64,000 nt of DNA from an uncultured Phycisphaerales bacterium (GTDB lineage Bacteria > Planctomycetota > Phycisphaerae > Tepidisphaerales > Tepidisphaeraceae): contig CAVWLP010000002.1 of assembly GCA_963755915.1 (NCBI GenBank), forward strand, positions 4,704,001-4,768,000, in the 5' to 3' direction. A program made the translations under genes and the position numbers. The notes under the pieces are model-generated. The model was not told where the DNA came from and ran no database searches. It saw only the letters and a list, made by a program, of their open reading frames with translations. Positions 52,414 to 63,810 of the stretch are shown here, one piece after another. Each line of letters starts with the position of its first letter. Position 1 is the first letter of the stretch.

Positions 52414-52518
52414 GACATGCTCCTTTTCAAATCTCGAACCGGCCACCATGCACGCAACTGAAAATCCCCACCGATTTTTCAGCCATGGCCACGAGCCGTT
52501 TATGGAACGACCTTCATC

Positions 52519-53421
52519 CTAAGCTTGAGCCGCCGCGCCCTTATAAACCGGAACAAATTCCTCGGCCACAAACTTCGCGTATGAAGTTGGAGTGGTATTT
52601 TCCGGTGTTCGTGGTTCCAGCGCACGCATGTGGCCGGAATTCATGGCCGCCACCATTTCCAAAATCAAATCGGCGATGCCGGCCGACATGCCCATTTGCA
52701 GCACGGCGCCGCGGAACTGATCATCCGAAATCTGAACGTAACCGAGATCTGGCTTTCCAATCGCCTGGCCGATGATTCGAGCGACCTCGATCATGGTGAG
52801 ATCGCCCGGCCCGAAAAGCTCGCGCGCCTGTTTGCCCTTGAAATCGAGGCGCAGCAGTCGCTCGGCGGCCGCCTCGCCAATATCGCGTGTGGCGATCATC
52901 GGTACCTTGAGATCGGGCCTGAGCGGGCCAGCCGCCACCTGCATCGCATCAATGATCCCCGCCTGCGCAAACGTATTTTCCATGAAATAGACGGCACGCT
53001 GGTGCAGAATGTTCAGGCCTCTGATGTGATTCAGGCTCTGCTCCAGGTTATGCAGGCCAAGGACCGGCCCGGTCTTCGCATCCTTATCCGCGCCGTAGCT
53101 GCTGAGGGTAACCGCGTACTCAACGTGAGCAGCCGAAAGAGCCGAACTCACGGCATCTATCACTCGCCCCTGAAAGGCGCGGTAATCTTTCGCCGACATA
53201 TTCGGCGGAATCATGACGTATGCCGCCTTGACGCCCGTAAACGCGCGGGAAAGCGCGGCGGCATCCGTCAGGTCGCACACAAAAGTTTCCGCCCCTGCCT
53301 TCTTCAACGATTCGAGACGTTTCTCGTCCCGGCCGATCGCGCGGACCTGCTTGCCAGCATCCAGCAGCCGCTGCGCGACGACTTTTCCCGTATTTCCGGT
53401 TGCACCTGTGACCGCGTACAT
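52519..53421 (-). CDS. NmrA-like NAD(P)-binding protein
   Basis: MYAVTGATGNTG, LSS.GA, YFMEN, MIATRDIG; AAGGAG RBS. Confidence 0.9.
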   Translation of the reverse strand: MYAVTGATGNTGKVVAQRLLDAGKQVRAIGRDEKRLESLKKAGAETFVCDLTDAAALSRAFTGVKAAYVMIPPNMSAKDYRAFQGRVIDAVSSALSAAHVEYAVTLSSYGADKDAKTGPVLGLHNLEQSLNHIRGLNILHQRAVYFMENTFAQAGIIDAMQVAAGPLRPDLKVPMIATRDIGEAAAERLLRLDFKGKQARELFGPGDLTMIEVARIIGQAIGKPDLGYVQISDDQFRGAVLQMGMSAGIADLILEMVAAMNSGHMRALEPRTPENTTPTSYAKFVAEEFVPVYKGAAAQA

Positions 53422-53681
53422 TGGAATCTCCTTTGGAAACTCGGTTCGCTGCTTCCGCTGAACTTCAGCGAGATCATAGGCCCGGCGGCGCGGCGGATGT
53501 CCAATCGACGGCCGAGAATTTCTAGATCGAGATTTCGCGGCTGGACTTAAGGCAGGCTGGTAGAAAGCGCCCCATTGCCTCCGGCGAAATGTCCCCGGTA
53601 TCCTTCGAAGGCGCTGAAGCCTCTTTTTCGACTGTGAACCTAATAAAATGCAGGGCGCCAATCTGCGGGAAGGATATTTCA

Positions 53682-54278
53682 ATGGGCATTTTTGACTTCC
53701 TTAAGAAAAAAACTCCTCTGGTTGAGCCGATTCAGGCTCCGCCGGTCTCAGCGCCTCCGGTTGCGTCATCGCCCGCCACTCCAACCCCGCCCGCCAATCC
53801 CGGAGTCTCCCAGATCGAGCGGGAGCACTTCCTGCTGCACGCGCCGTTTCAGTGGGTTGCGGTGCCCGGCGACAATCCCTTGGAATTCGACTTTCGCAAT
53901 CAAACACTAAAAGAGCAGCTTATGGTGACCGTCTTGATTGCGCGCGAGCCGTTCACCGGCCCCACCCGGCGATCAGTTGCGGAGGATCTGGCGAAGAAAC
54001 GACTGTCGGCCCTGGCATCGATATCGAACGGTCGAGCCGTTCATTCCACGCCGCAGCTTCAAAGCGGTTCCGATCAGGTGGAAGTCAGGTGTTTCGGCCG
54101 CGACGAGGCACAGCAGGTCCGCATTGCATTCGTCATACGCGTCGCCGCCGCGAAGGTAGTAACCGTGCAGTTGACGCGTTACTTCCTGAACGAAGTTGGC
54201 CTCCCTTTCGAGGCATACTCGGGCGCGATTTTCGACTTTCTTAAAATCAAGAATCCTGGGAGTTCGGCCGCAACGTGA
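53682..54278 (+). CDS. hypothetical protein
   Basis: MGIFDFLKKK start with GAAGGA RBS, Pro linker, globular remainder. Confidence 0.7.
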   Translation: MGIFDFLKKKTPLVEPIQAPPVSAPPVASSPATPTPPANPGVSQIEREHFLLHAPFQWVAVPGDNPLEFDFRNQTLKEQLMVTVLIAREPFTGPTRRSVAEDLAKKRLSALASISNGRAVHSTPQLQSGSDQVEVRCFGRDEAQQVRIAFVIRVAAAKVVTVQLTRYFLNEVGLPFEAYSGAIFDFLKIKNPGSSAAT

Positions 54279-54297
54279 TTTGCTCAATATCGTCGTC

Positions 54298-54450
54298 TTT
54301 GGATTTCGAATTTGACCCTTCCCGGTGCGCCGGGATTCGTTCCCGACGAATCGGGATTTCGCTTCGCTCAACATTCGAGTTTCGACCTTCGAGTTTTCCG
54401 TCCCATTTTTGATATCATCGATATCGTTGATATCGATGATATCACAAAAA
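54298..54450. repeat. intergenic repeat cluster
   Basis: TTCGAATTTGACC...CATTCGAGTTTCGA (shared with 63207-63254) and palindrome TGATATCATCGATATCGTTGATATCGATGATATCA. Confidence 0.6.
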
Positions 54451-54577
54451 CCCGCACCCCATTCCCCCCATTTTGTTGCGGAGTGTAAAGTTTTGTACCG
54501 ATGCCCCCGCCACCAAAAAAATCGTCGAACCTTTCACACCTTCACACTTTCACACCTCTTCTCTTCCCCAAACGTAA

Positions 54578-54610
54578 GCGAGGCGAGCATTATGAAAATG
54601 CTCGCCTCGC
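54578..54610. terminator. strong hairpin downstream of the Tad cluster
   Basis: GCGAGGCGAGCATT-ATGAA-AATGCTCGCCTCGC perfect 14-bp stem. Confidence 0.6.
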
Positions 54611-54646
54611 AAGGGCAAACCGGATAACTCCCATCCGGAAGACCCG

Positions 54647-55669
54647 TTAATGTGACGTGCCGCCGGCGGCGCTTGACGCGCCGTATCCGTCGGCGGCCGT
54701 GTCCGTCTTTACCAGGTAATACCCAAGCTGCACGTCGGCAGTGTGGTAGTTGTCTGGATTCGTTCCGTAGTGGAACTCGATCTGCTCCGGCTTCAATCCG
54801 CCGCGGTCTTCCAGATACCGCCCGATCGCCAGCCGACGCTCCTCGGCGAGATTGTCATCGGGAATGTCCAGGTAAAGCGTCAGCGGGTTGCAGCTCCGTG
54901 AGCTCTGGAGCATCAGATCCAGGGCGCGGGTTCCCAGCGAAGTAAGGCCGGGCCCGTCGAACTGATCGGGATAAAGCGTCGCTTCCGAGCGGGCGCCGTT
55001 GACTTCCTGCGTATGCTCGAGCCGCTCGGTCTCGGTGATTTCCGCATCCGATTCAGAGGCGTTGGTTTCGTCAAGATAGCTGGCCGACTGAGCCGGCGCG
55101 GGAGCCGCAGTTGCCTGCGGGGCCGGAGCCGAAGCCTGAGCCACCGCCTGCGGAGCAGGCGTTGGTGCAGGTGCCTGGGCAACCGGCTGTGGCGCCGGTG
55201 GCGGAGTCACAACCACGGGCTGCGGCGCAGGTGTCGGCGCGGGCGTAGGAGCCTGCGCGACCGGCTGTGGGGCCGGCGTCGGCTGGGGCGCCGGCGCTTG
55301 AGCAGTCGCCTGGGCCGGGGTCTGCGCCGCCGGCGAGTACGTCGGCAGCGAGAAATTCTCCTGCGTCTCGGTGGACTGCGAATTGGTCGACTGGACTGGC
55401 TTCTGCGTCTCGGCCGGCGCGGGCGTCTGTGCCTCCACCGTCACCTGGTCTTGAGAAGCCATCGTGTCCCAATAATCAGAATAAGGCTTGGGCTGCGCCG
55501 CTGCCGTCTGCGCGGGCTTCGCCGTGGTGGCCGGAGCCTTGGCAAGGGTCTGATGCGACTTGGCGCTGGCCTGGGTCGTGGGCGTGCTGCTGTGGCAGCC
55601 GCTCGTCGCCAGAACCGTCGCCGCTGCCGCCAGAATGCACGATCTTTTCAATTGCTTGAACATAGCCAT
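54647..55669 (-). CDS. Pro/Ala/Gln-rich lipoprotein at the end of the Tad operon
   Basis: Lipobox TSGC; long APAPQP repeats; C-terminal globular domain. Confidence 0.7.
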   Translation of the reverse strand: MAMFKQLKRSCILAAAATVLATSGCHSSTPTTQASAKSHQTLAKAPATTAKPAQTAAAQPKPYSDYWDTMASQDQVTVEAQTPAPAETQKPVQSTNSQSTETQENFSLPTYSPAAQTPAQATAQAPAPQPTPAPQPVAQAPTPAPTPAPQPVVVTPPPAPQPVAQAPAPTPAPQAVAQASAPAPQATAAPAPAQSASYLDETNASESDAEITETERLEHTQEVNGARSEATLYPDQFDGPGLTSLGTRALDLMLQSSRSCNPLTLYLDIPDDNLAEERRLAIGRYLEDRGGLKPEQIEFHYGTNPDNYHTADVQLGYYLVKTDTAADGYGASSAAGGTSH

Positions 55670-55731
55670 TGTGTTCTCCAAATGGGAAATCGGCTTTTTC
55701 CTGTTGTCGTCTGAGTTACGCACGAAATTCC

Positions 55732-56652
55732 TTATTTCATTAACGGGCTGTTAAACAGCGAGATCATCACCGGCCCAAGCAGCACGATGAACGTGGCGGG
55801 GAAGATGAACAGCACCAGCGGGAAGCTCATCTTCACCACGCTCTTGGCGGCCATTTCCTCGGCCTTGTGCTGACGGGCCATTCGCAAGCTCTCGGCGTGA
55901 ACGCGAAGGGCCTGGGCGATGCTGGTGCCGAAACGCTCGGCCTGATTGAGCATCGCCGACAGCGAGGTCATCGACGAGTTGCTGGTCCGCGTTCCCAGCC
56001 CCTTGAGGGCTTCCTGCCGCGGCATGCCGACGCGCGTCTGCATGTGGGCGATGCCAAACTCGCGGCTGATCGCCGGATGCACCAGCGCCAGCTCGTCGCC
56101 GACGCGCTGCATGGCGGCGTCGACGGTCATTCCCGCCTCCACGCACACGACCATCAAGTCCAGCGCGTCAGGCAGGCCGTATTCCAAAGACTTCTGGTTT
56201 CCTTTGACCTTCATTTTCAGCCAGATCGTCGGCGCCGCATATCCGAGCAGCCCGCCGATCGCCAGGAACAGGAGCATGCTGTTGAGCATCATCCCTCCGA
56301 CATAGCCGGAGATGAGTCCCAGCGCGATGCCGATAACCTTGGATCCCTGCACCGTTCGGAGCGCCGCGGGGCTGTAGATGCCCGCCTTGGCCAGCTCGCG
56401 CTGAAGCGATCCCTGTTTCTCCCGGGTACTGGGCATGAAGGGCTTGGCGGCCGCTTCACCCAGTTGCTTGAGGAGGTTGGCGCCGGCGCTGGATTCCTTT
56501 TTAGTGACCAGCGATTCGGTCTTGCCCTGAAGACGCGAGCGGAGCTTGTCGCCGCCGTTGTCCTTGAACAGGATCATCGACACGAAATAGACCAGCACGG
56601 TGATCGACCCGAATGCCAGAACGATGATCAATGTTTCCTGATTCATAATCAC
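55732..56652 (-). CDS. tadC: Tad type II secretion F-family protein TadC
   Basis: LPDALDLMVVCVEAG, QAERFGTSI..ALR, KMSFPLVLFIFP. Confidence 0.92.
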   Translation of the reverse strand: MIMNQETLIIVLAFGSITVLVYFVSMILFKDNGGDKLRSRLQGKTESLVTKKESSAGANLLKQLGEAAAKPFMPSTREKQGSLQRELAKAGIYSPAALRTVQGSKVIGIALGLISGYVGGMMLNSMLLFLAIGGLLGYAAPTIWLKMKVKGNQKSLEYGLPDALDLMVVCVEAGMTVDAAMQRVGDELALVHPAISREFGIAHMQTRVGMPRQEALKGLGTRTSNSSMTSLSAMLNQAERFGTSIAQALRVHAESLRMARQHKAEEMAAKSVVKMSFPLVLFIFPATFIVLLGPVMISLFNSPLMK

Positions 56653-56678
56653 ACCTTAAAAGTGCCAGGTAATTTCAC

Positions 56679-57648
56679 TCACACCTTGATGGTCGTAATT
56701 TTTCGAATCGCCCAGCTACCGAGCATGAGCATGGACGCGGCAATGGCCAGCAGCCACAGCCCGGTCGACGTGTGCAGGAGCACCGAGGCGTAGTTGGGGT
56801 TCAGGTAGTAGGACACGAAGAAGAGCACGACCGGGAAGACGACCAGGATGTAGCCGGTGAAGCGGCCCTCGGCGGTCTTGGCCTTCACGTGCTGCTGGAG
56901 ACGGATGCGCTGGCGGATCATGTCGCTGATGTTGGTCAGCACTTCCGACAGGTCGCCGCCGGTCTGCCGCTGAATCAGGATCGCGGTGACGAAGAACCCG
57001 AAGTCCGGGTTATCGACGCGGACGGCGCGTGTCTTTCAGCGAATCTTCCAGCGGCTGGCCCACGCTATGGGCGTCGTAGCAGCGGCGGAACTCGCCGGAA
57101 AGCGGTTGGGGAAGTTCGTCCGCCATCATCTGCAGGCCGGTGCTCAAGCTGTGCCCTGCCCGCAGAATTCGGGAGAGGAAGTCGAGCGCTTCGGGAAGCT
57201 GGTCAAGGAAATCGCGCTGCCTGCGATTGAACGAATTGTTGAGCACGATGAGCGGAATCGCGGCGAAGACGACGGAAACGGCGCCGCCGAGAACGCACGA
57301 GTCGGTGGCAACATACAGGATCGAAAATCCAAGGGCGGCCATTCCAAAGGTGACGAAGATGAACTTCGCGAGCGAAAACCGCGGCCAGACCTGGGTAATG
57401 CGGCGTGCCAGTGTGCCAAGGAAAGGCAGGTGCGCCAACATTCCGGAGATGCCGCCGATTACCTGCACGCGGCGCACGACGGTGAGCGACGCGGGATCGA
57501 ACCCATCGGTTGTCTTGCCTTCGCCGCTGAGACGCTGGGCGAGCTTTTTGCGCTCGTCCGAGAGGCCGCCGACGACCTGGTACACGCCCCAGATCAGCAG
57601 GATCACGGTGATCGCGACCAGGAATGGAAGAATCATTTCATTAGTCAT
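56679..57648 (-). CDS. tadB: Tad protein TadB (frameshift near 57030)
   Basis: QLPEALD...LRAGH, IQRQTGGDL, TAEGR. Confidence 0.88.
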
Positions 57649-57678
57649 AGCACACAACCTCGGTTCTTTTTCCAGTCG

Positions 57679-59142
57679 TTAGACAACCTCGATCCGCCTC
57701 CGCTGGAAGAGCTCCGCCGGGAGAGGAATTCCGCGGCTTTCGATACGGTCGCAGCAGCGTGGGCGAATGCCGGTCACTGTGAAGTTTCCGATGGCCATAC
57801 CCTGCTGATCGACGCCGGTCTGTTCGAAGAGGAAGATGTCGTGCATCTGGACGCCGTCGCCTTCCATGCCGGTGATTTCGGTGACGCGTGTGACTTTTCG
57901 CTTGCCGCCGGTGAGGCGTGTCGCCTGCACGACGATCTGAAGCGCGCTGGAAATCTGGTGCCGCAGGGCGCGCATGGGAATGTCATATCCCGCCATCGCG
58001 ATCATCACTTCCAGTCGGGCCATGGCGTCGCGCGTGGTGTTGGCGTGAACGGTGGTCATCGATCCTTCGTGGCCGGTGTTCATCGCCTGGAGCATGTCCA
58101 GCGCCTCGCCGGAGCGCACTTCGCCGATGATGATGCGGTCGGGACGCATACGCAGACAGTTTTTCACCAGGTCGCGCTGGGTGACTTCGCCGCTGCCTTC
58201 GATATTGGGCGGGCGCGTTTCCAGGCGGACGACGTGCGGCTGCTGGAGCTGCAATTCCGCCGCGTCTTCGATGGTGACCACGCGCTCATCCGTGGGAATG
58301 TAGCGCGAAAGACAGTTCAGCAATGTCGTTTTACCGGAGCCGGTGCCGCCGCTGATGAGCACGTTGCACCGCGCCTGCACGGCGGCGGACAGGAAATCCA
58401 TCACCGGCGGCGGAAAAGCGCCGTGGCGGATCAGGTCTTCAAGCTGCAGCGGCTTGGAACCGAATCGGCGAATGCTCATCGCCGGGCCGTCCAGGGCCAG
58501 CGGCGGAATGATCGCGTTCACGCGGCTTCCATCCGCCAGGCGGGCGTCCACCATCGGGCTGGTTTCATCGACGCGCCGGCCGACCAGGGCGACGATGCGG
58601 TCGATGATCTGCCGCAGGTGCTGGTTGTCGCGGAAGCGCACATCGACGTGTTCCAGCCGGCCGCGGCGCTCGACGTAAACCCTGTCGAAGCGGTTGATCA
58701 GAATATCGGTGATGGTCGGATCCTTCAGCAGCGCTTCCAGCGGGCCGAGGCCGAAGGTCTCGTCCATGACCTCGTCCATGAGGCGTTCCTGGTCCTGGCT
58801 GGAGAGCAGTCCGCTTTCGTTCTGGCACAGATCGCGGATGACGATGCGGACTTCCGCGCGGACGGTGTCCGGCGGCAGGGTGCGAAGATTCTGCACGTCC
58901 AGCCGCTGAACCAATTGCTGGTGAATCCGCACCTTGAGCTGCTCGAACTGTGAGCTGCGCTCGGCGGCAAGCGCCGTCGACGCGGCGAGATTGCGACATC
59001 TGCGGCATCTGCGCGGACTGGGCAGCGGAGCAGGAGCCTCAGCCACCGGAGCAGAAGCGGGCGGCGGCTTGATCGCCGGCGGTTCCGCCACCGCCGTTGT
59101 CGCGGCGCCGGTCTGAGCGGGTTTTCCTGAAAACAGACCCAT
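57679..59142 (-). CDS. cpaF: Flp pilus assembly ATPase CpaF/TadA
   Basis: [37 protein letters not shown]. Confidence 0.95.
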   Translation of the reverse strand: MGLFSGKPAQTGAATTAVAEPPAIKPPPASAPVAEAPAPLPSPRRCRRCRNLAASTALAAERSSQFEQLKVRIHQQLVQRLDVQNLRTLPPDTVRAEVRIVIRDLCQNESGLLSSQDQERLMDEVMDETFGLGPLEALLKDPTITDILINRFDRVYVERRGRLEHVDVRFRDNQHLRQIIDRIVALVGRRVDETSPMVDARLADGSRVNAIIPPLALDGPAMSIRRFGSKPLQLEDLIRHGAFPPPVMDFLSAAVQARCNVLISGGTGSGKTTLLNCLSRYIPTDERVVTIEDAAELQLQQPHVVRLETRPPNIEGSGEVTQRDLVKNCLRMRPDRIIIGEVRSGEALDMLQAMNTGHEGSMTTVHANTTRDAMARLEVMIAMAGYDIPMRALRHQISSALQIVVQATRLTGGKRKVTRVTEITGMEGDGVQMHDIFLFEQTGVDQQGMAIGNFTVTGIRPRCCDRIESRGIPLPAELFQRRRIEVV

Positions 59143-59180
59143 ATTCACTCCGTTCGACCGGGCCGCCTTCAGCGCCCCGG

Positions 59181-60330
59181 TCATGCCGTCAAGCGGCGAC
59201 GTTTCCCTGGTTCTGCTTGGCCGACAATCAGACCGGCCAACTGAACGAGGCTCACGCTGATCTCGCTCGCGGGGCCCGCAGAACCACCGGCTCGCCGAAA
59301 TTGATCGCCGCGATCGCGTTCTTGAAATCGTTGGGAATCAGCCAGGAGACCTTGATCCCCAGCGACCGCTCGATCTCCGGCCGGCTCGATGTCATTGCCT
59401 TTTTTCACGTAGCGGTTGACGACCGTGCAGATCTTGCTGGATTCGATGCCCATCCGGCGCAGCGCGCCGACAAATCGCTCGGCGTTCTTCGCACTGGGAA
59501 CGTTGAACTGCATCACCAGGAGATTCATATCCGACCCCTGGAGCATCGACGAATAGAGGGGCGAAATGCTCATCAGCGAATCGATCACCACGTAATCGAA
59601 CACGCGGCTGAGCATGTTGATCAGGCGCACCATGCCGCTCTGGTTGACGCGCTGGGTGTCTTCGGGCAGATCGGGGCGCGAAAGAATCGCCACGCCGCTT
59701 TTCTTGTGAACCGTCAGGGCGTTGTCGAGGAGCTGCTTGTCGAGCTTTTCGGCCGCGTCCATGACGTCGGCGATGGTGTAGCGGCAGCGGATGTCGAAAT
59801 AGCTGGCCACTCCGCCGCGAATCAGGTCCATGTCGATGAGGACGGTCTTGCCCATCGGCGCCAGCGCCGCGGCGACGTTGCAGGCGACGGTCGTCGATCC
59901 GCATCCACCGATGGTGGGAACGACGTGGATGATCCGGGCCTTCTTGCCCATCCCGTGGACTTGTGCCACGCGCTCCAGCGCAGTGCTGAATTTCTCCTCG
60001 CTCATCGGCAGCGGGATGAATTCCTTGATCCCCAGGTGCATGGCTTCCATGAGCAGGTTGGGGTCAACCGTCTGGCTCATCAGGAAGAAATTGACCGCGG
60101 GAAACTGCCGGGGCAGGGTGGCGATCTTTCTCAGCGCAGTCGGCGGGGTTGGGATCGAGGTTGACGATGGCCAGCAGCGGGCCATCCGGCTTGCCCAGCA
60201 CGCCTGCGAGCGGTTCGACGTTGGGGAACTGCGCCACCGGCAGCGCTCCGAATCGGACCAGGAAGGCTGCAAGCTCTTCCCGGTTGGTGTTGTCCGCGTC
60301 GACGATGACGCAATTCATTTGAACGTACAT
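59181..60330 (-). CDS. cpaE: Flp pilus assembly protein CpaE (REC-like + MinD-like; frameshifted)
   Basis: N-terminal receiver-like domain; [26 protein letters not shown]. Confidence 0.85.
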
Positions 60331-60438
60331 AGCACTGCGTCCCTGATCGAGGAGGCTGATTTATTCAGCCTCGGAAAATCCGGGTGAATTCCATCCACCC
60401 GGAGATTTCGAACCACACCACCGCTCCGTCGCCTCCGC

Positions 60439-61947
60439 TTATTTGGAGGTGTCGGTGGCCGGCGGCGGCTGGAAGCCGGCCGGGCCTTCAAAGTCCGCCG
60501 GTTCGGTATTGGGCCGCGCCGGGCGGGGAGGCGTAATCTCACCGCCCATGTCGCCCATGAAGTAAAGCTGCAACGCGTTCGGATCGCGCCAGTGTTCACC
60601 GGGAACCGGCGTAACATCGGCCGGATCGATGCCATGCACCAGCACCGGCGTCACGAGAACCACCAGCTCGGTCTGATTCTTCTGATACGTCACCGAACGG
60701 AACAACGCGCCGATGACCGGCAGATCGCCAAGGAACGGGAACTGCGAATTCGTTGCGGAAACCTGGTCTTCGAGCAGACCACCGAGGGCGAAGGTCTGGC
60801 CCTCGGCCAGCTCGACGGTGGTGTCAACGTCGCGGTCAATCAGACCGGGCACCGTGTCCACCGCCGGGAATCGAGTAGGCATGGGCGTAGTCAAGGTCAC
60901 TGACCTCGGGGTTGACCTTCAAACGGATTCGCCCGTTGCCGAGCACGATGGGGGTGAACCGGAGCTGCACGCCATATTGCTGCAACTGAATAGTGATCGT
61001 CGATCCACCACCGGAGCCCGTCTGCGGCACCGGATAGGGGATCTGCCCACCGGCAAGGAAGGTTGCCTGCTGCCCGCTGGTGGTGACCAGGTCGGGTTCG
61101 GCGAGCGTGCGGAGGAGGTTGTTGCTTTCCAGGGCCTCGACGAAATAGGCGAAGGCGACACTGGCGAACTGGCCCGTGCCGAACATGCTCGCCGTGCTTA
61201 GCGCGGTAGAGGGGATCAAGAGCAGGTTGGCGCCGCCGTGCCGCCGGGCTGAATGCCCAGGGCGGTCGGGCCCACGTTGCTGCCGTAGATCGAGGTTCCG
61301 TCATTGCCGCCGAAGTTGAAGCCAAGCTCCTGCTCGGCTTGTTTGCTAACTTCGGCGAACTTCACCTTGAGCATCACCTGCTGGCCGCCGCCGACTTCCA
61401 TCAGGTCGACGACCTTGCCCGAGGCCGAATTGGGCAGGGAGATCGCCTCGACCTGGCGGGCGGTTTCAAGATCGTGAACTTGGCCGGTCAGCGTGATGGT
61501 GCCGTTGGCGTCCTGCACGTTGATCTTTGAATCGGGGAAGAGCGTCTCCACCCGCTTCTGAAGAATCGCCACGGGCGTGGCAACTTCAATGTTGAAGATC
61601 TGGGTGTTGTTGTTCTCATCCCAGACGATCAACTGCGTTGAGCCGGCTTTCTTGGCGGTCAGGAGCAGATCGTTGGGGCCGAGGGCAACGTAGTCGGCGA
61701 TGTCCGGGGCAAGGATGTTGACCTTGTTGATCCGGGCATCGAAGTGCTTCCTCGTCGACTTGTTGGGCTGAAGCAGGATGGTCGCAATGGACTGGTCATC
61801 AGTTGCGGACGAGGTGTCCGACGGAGCGGTGGTGGGCTCATCGGCGCGGGAAGCGACTCCCGCCGGCCACGCCAGGGTCCAAAGCGCCAGGGCCGAACCA
61901 AGCGCCACAATCGTCTTACGACCGAATTTCAAAGCTTTCTTTGACAT
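60439..61947 (-). CDS. cpaC: Flp pilus secretin CpaC/RcpA (frameshifted)
   Basis: QVMLKVKFAEV, LAEP.L...SGQ.A.FLAGG, PEVS.LD, PFLGDLPVIGALFRS, ELVVLVTP. Confidence 0.9.
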
Positions 61948-61999
61948 GTTGTTCTTCCTTGCTCGTTGCCTGTTGGGGAACAGATTTCCGGTTATTGGA

Positions 62000-62945
62000 T
62001 CACTGGTTAATTTCGTTGGGTGGGGTCGGTGTTGGTGAACTCACCGTCGCTCTTGTGGACTGCGAACTTGACCTCGGAGGCCGAGTCGCCGTGGATGGTT
62101 TGAATCGTCCACTGGTCGCTTTCGGTATCGAACATAGTGGGCGTCGGCTGAGTAGAGGCGCTGCGCTTGTCAACACCGTGGTCGTCAGCGGTTGAGTCGT
62201 CGGGGCAACCGTGACATCCGACGCGTATTCGCTCTGGGTCTTCTGATGCCCGACCAGCTCGGCAAAGGTGACGCCCTTGGTCTCCACCGGGGTAAGATCG
62301 TTTCCGCCGCGGAGCGAGAAGCGCGGCCGGCCGACGCTGCTGGCAAGCTCAAGCAGTTCCGCTTGCTCAGGCTTGAGCAGCAGCGTAACGCTGTGCCCAC
62401 CGCCGTCGCCGTCTTGCGGGTTATGCTTGACGCCAACGGCCGTCACCTTGATGTTTTCCGCCAGAGTCCGCGCACCGGGGCAATCCGGTCTTCTCGTCCT
62501 TGAGCGTCTGTATCACGTCGACGTGGCAGCCCGGCACGAGGTACCCGGCCACGCCCGTCATCTCGTTGATTTCAAACGTGCAGGCTCGCATTCCCATCGG
62601 AACGGCGGCCTGAAGACCAGGGCCCATTCCCTTGGGAGCCAGAAGGGTCGTGGCAACCGCCTGCCCTTGAACCACCGGAACCACCGTCACACGTCCGGCC
62701 ACTTGGTCAATCGACGTGAAGAACGAATCCATGTTCGCGTCGGCTGACACGTCGCCCATCGCCAGGTCGTCGGGTGTGAGCACCTGGCCCGCTTCGACAG
62801 CTTGCTTGGCCACAACCACCTGGTTGTGCTTCAAGTCACTGATGCTGCTGATCTGGCGTTTCTGAACGAAGTTAAAAGCCATCTTGGCGGCGATCCCGCC
62901 GAGCACCAGCGCGATGACCAACGGTGCGATCTTTTTCACATTCAT
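62000..62945 (-). CDS. cpaB: Flp pilus assembly protein CpaB (frameshifted)
   Basis: SAF domain VVVAK, P.GMRA, GVAGYLVPG.HVDV, VTLLL.PEQAE. Confidence 0.88.
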
Positions 62946-63139
62946 AGTGTTCTCCAAGTAGGCGGATTGCCTGTATTTCTGATCGTCGGATAAATCGGTT
63001 GTCCGGTTTAGGAAGGGTGCGAAGAGTTTTATATTTTGAGACGATGGAAGGTTATCTGACCAAGGCCGCCGGGCGGCGATTCCCGCCCGTCTCTCAATGC
63101 GATTTTTATGAGGCGGCCAGACCTGACAGAAAGTCGCAG

Positions 63140-63266
63140 AATCGGACCGAAAACCCGAAACCCAAAATTCGAATGACCGAAACTGCGTTATTCCAGTTTC
63201 GGTCATTCGAATTTGACCTGTCCCTGCGCGCGGAGTTCCTCATTCGAGTTTCGAATTTCGAATTTC
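63140..63266. repeat. palindromic/heptamer repeat between tadE and cpaB
   Basis: AAATTCGAATGACCGAAACTG...CAGTTTCGGTCATTCGAATTT hairpin plus TTTCGAA tandem units. Confidence 0.6.
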
Positions 63267-63267
63267 T

Positions 63268-63810
63268 TTAGTCGCCTTCCTTGCGCATATGCGGAGGCAA
63301 CCACGACCTGTTTGCTCGACCCGATCAGGGCCATCGGCCGGAAGCCCGCGCCGACCGTTCCCCAGGTGGCGGTGATTTGAACCTGAAGCGTGTCGCCAAT
63401 GGTCATTGAAGACAGGTTTGACGAGGTAATGGTCGTGCCGGCGGTGGTCGTATCGCTGTAATTAACGGTGTAATTGCCGATGGTGCACGGCCCGGATCCG
63501 GAGGCGCTGTGCCGTTGGGGACCAGGTTCGCCGCCTGGAGCTGCGTTTCGACGGCTGTGTTCGCCGCGGAAAGCGTGGCGCCGGTGACGATGCCGGCGCG
63601 GCACCCTTCGCGGGCGGCGCCTTCCATCGTGTTCTTCACGTAAAAATAGTACCCGTACTCAATCAACCCGTAGCAGATCGAGAAGAGGATCGACAGCGTC
63701 AGCGCCAGCTCCAGGGTTGCGGCGCCGCTGCGGCGAAACAACCGGCTGGTCAATGCGGTCCGAGCTCTTGAGCCCCGATTCTTCAGTGCGTTCATGGAGG
63801 TCATCGTCAT
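63268..63810 (-). CDS. tadE: TadE/TadG-like pseudopilin (frameshifted)
   Basis: RRSGAATLELAL, IEYG, AAREGCR; restored end MRKEGD*. Confidence 0.82.

Noticed and set aside
56986-58953. Long antisense ORFs (655 aa here; also 11130-12245, 40810-41802, 59097-60164)
   Set aside because: Shadow frames of high-GC genes on the opposite strand, with no recognisable motifs.
10289-63810. Many frameshifts (kinase, GT, AsmA-like, GGDEF-EAL, tad genes) read as mass pseudogenisation or programmed frameshifting
   Set aside because: They are scattered single-base indels in otherwise well-conserved genes with no slippery-site pattern; long-read assembly error is more parsimonious and needs read polishing to settle.
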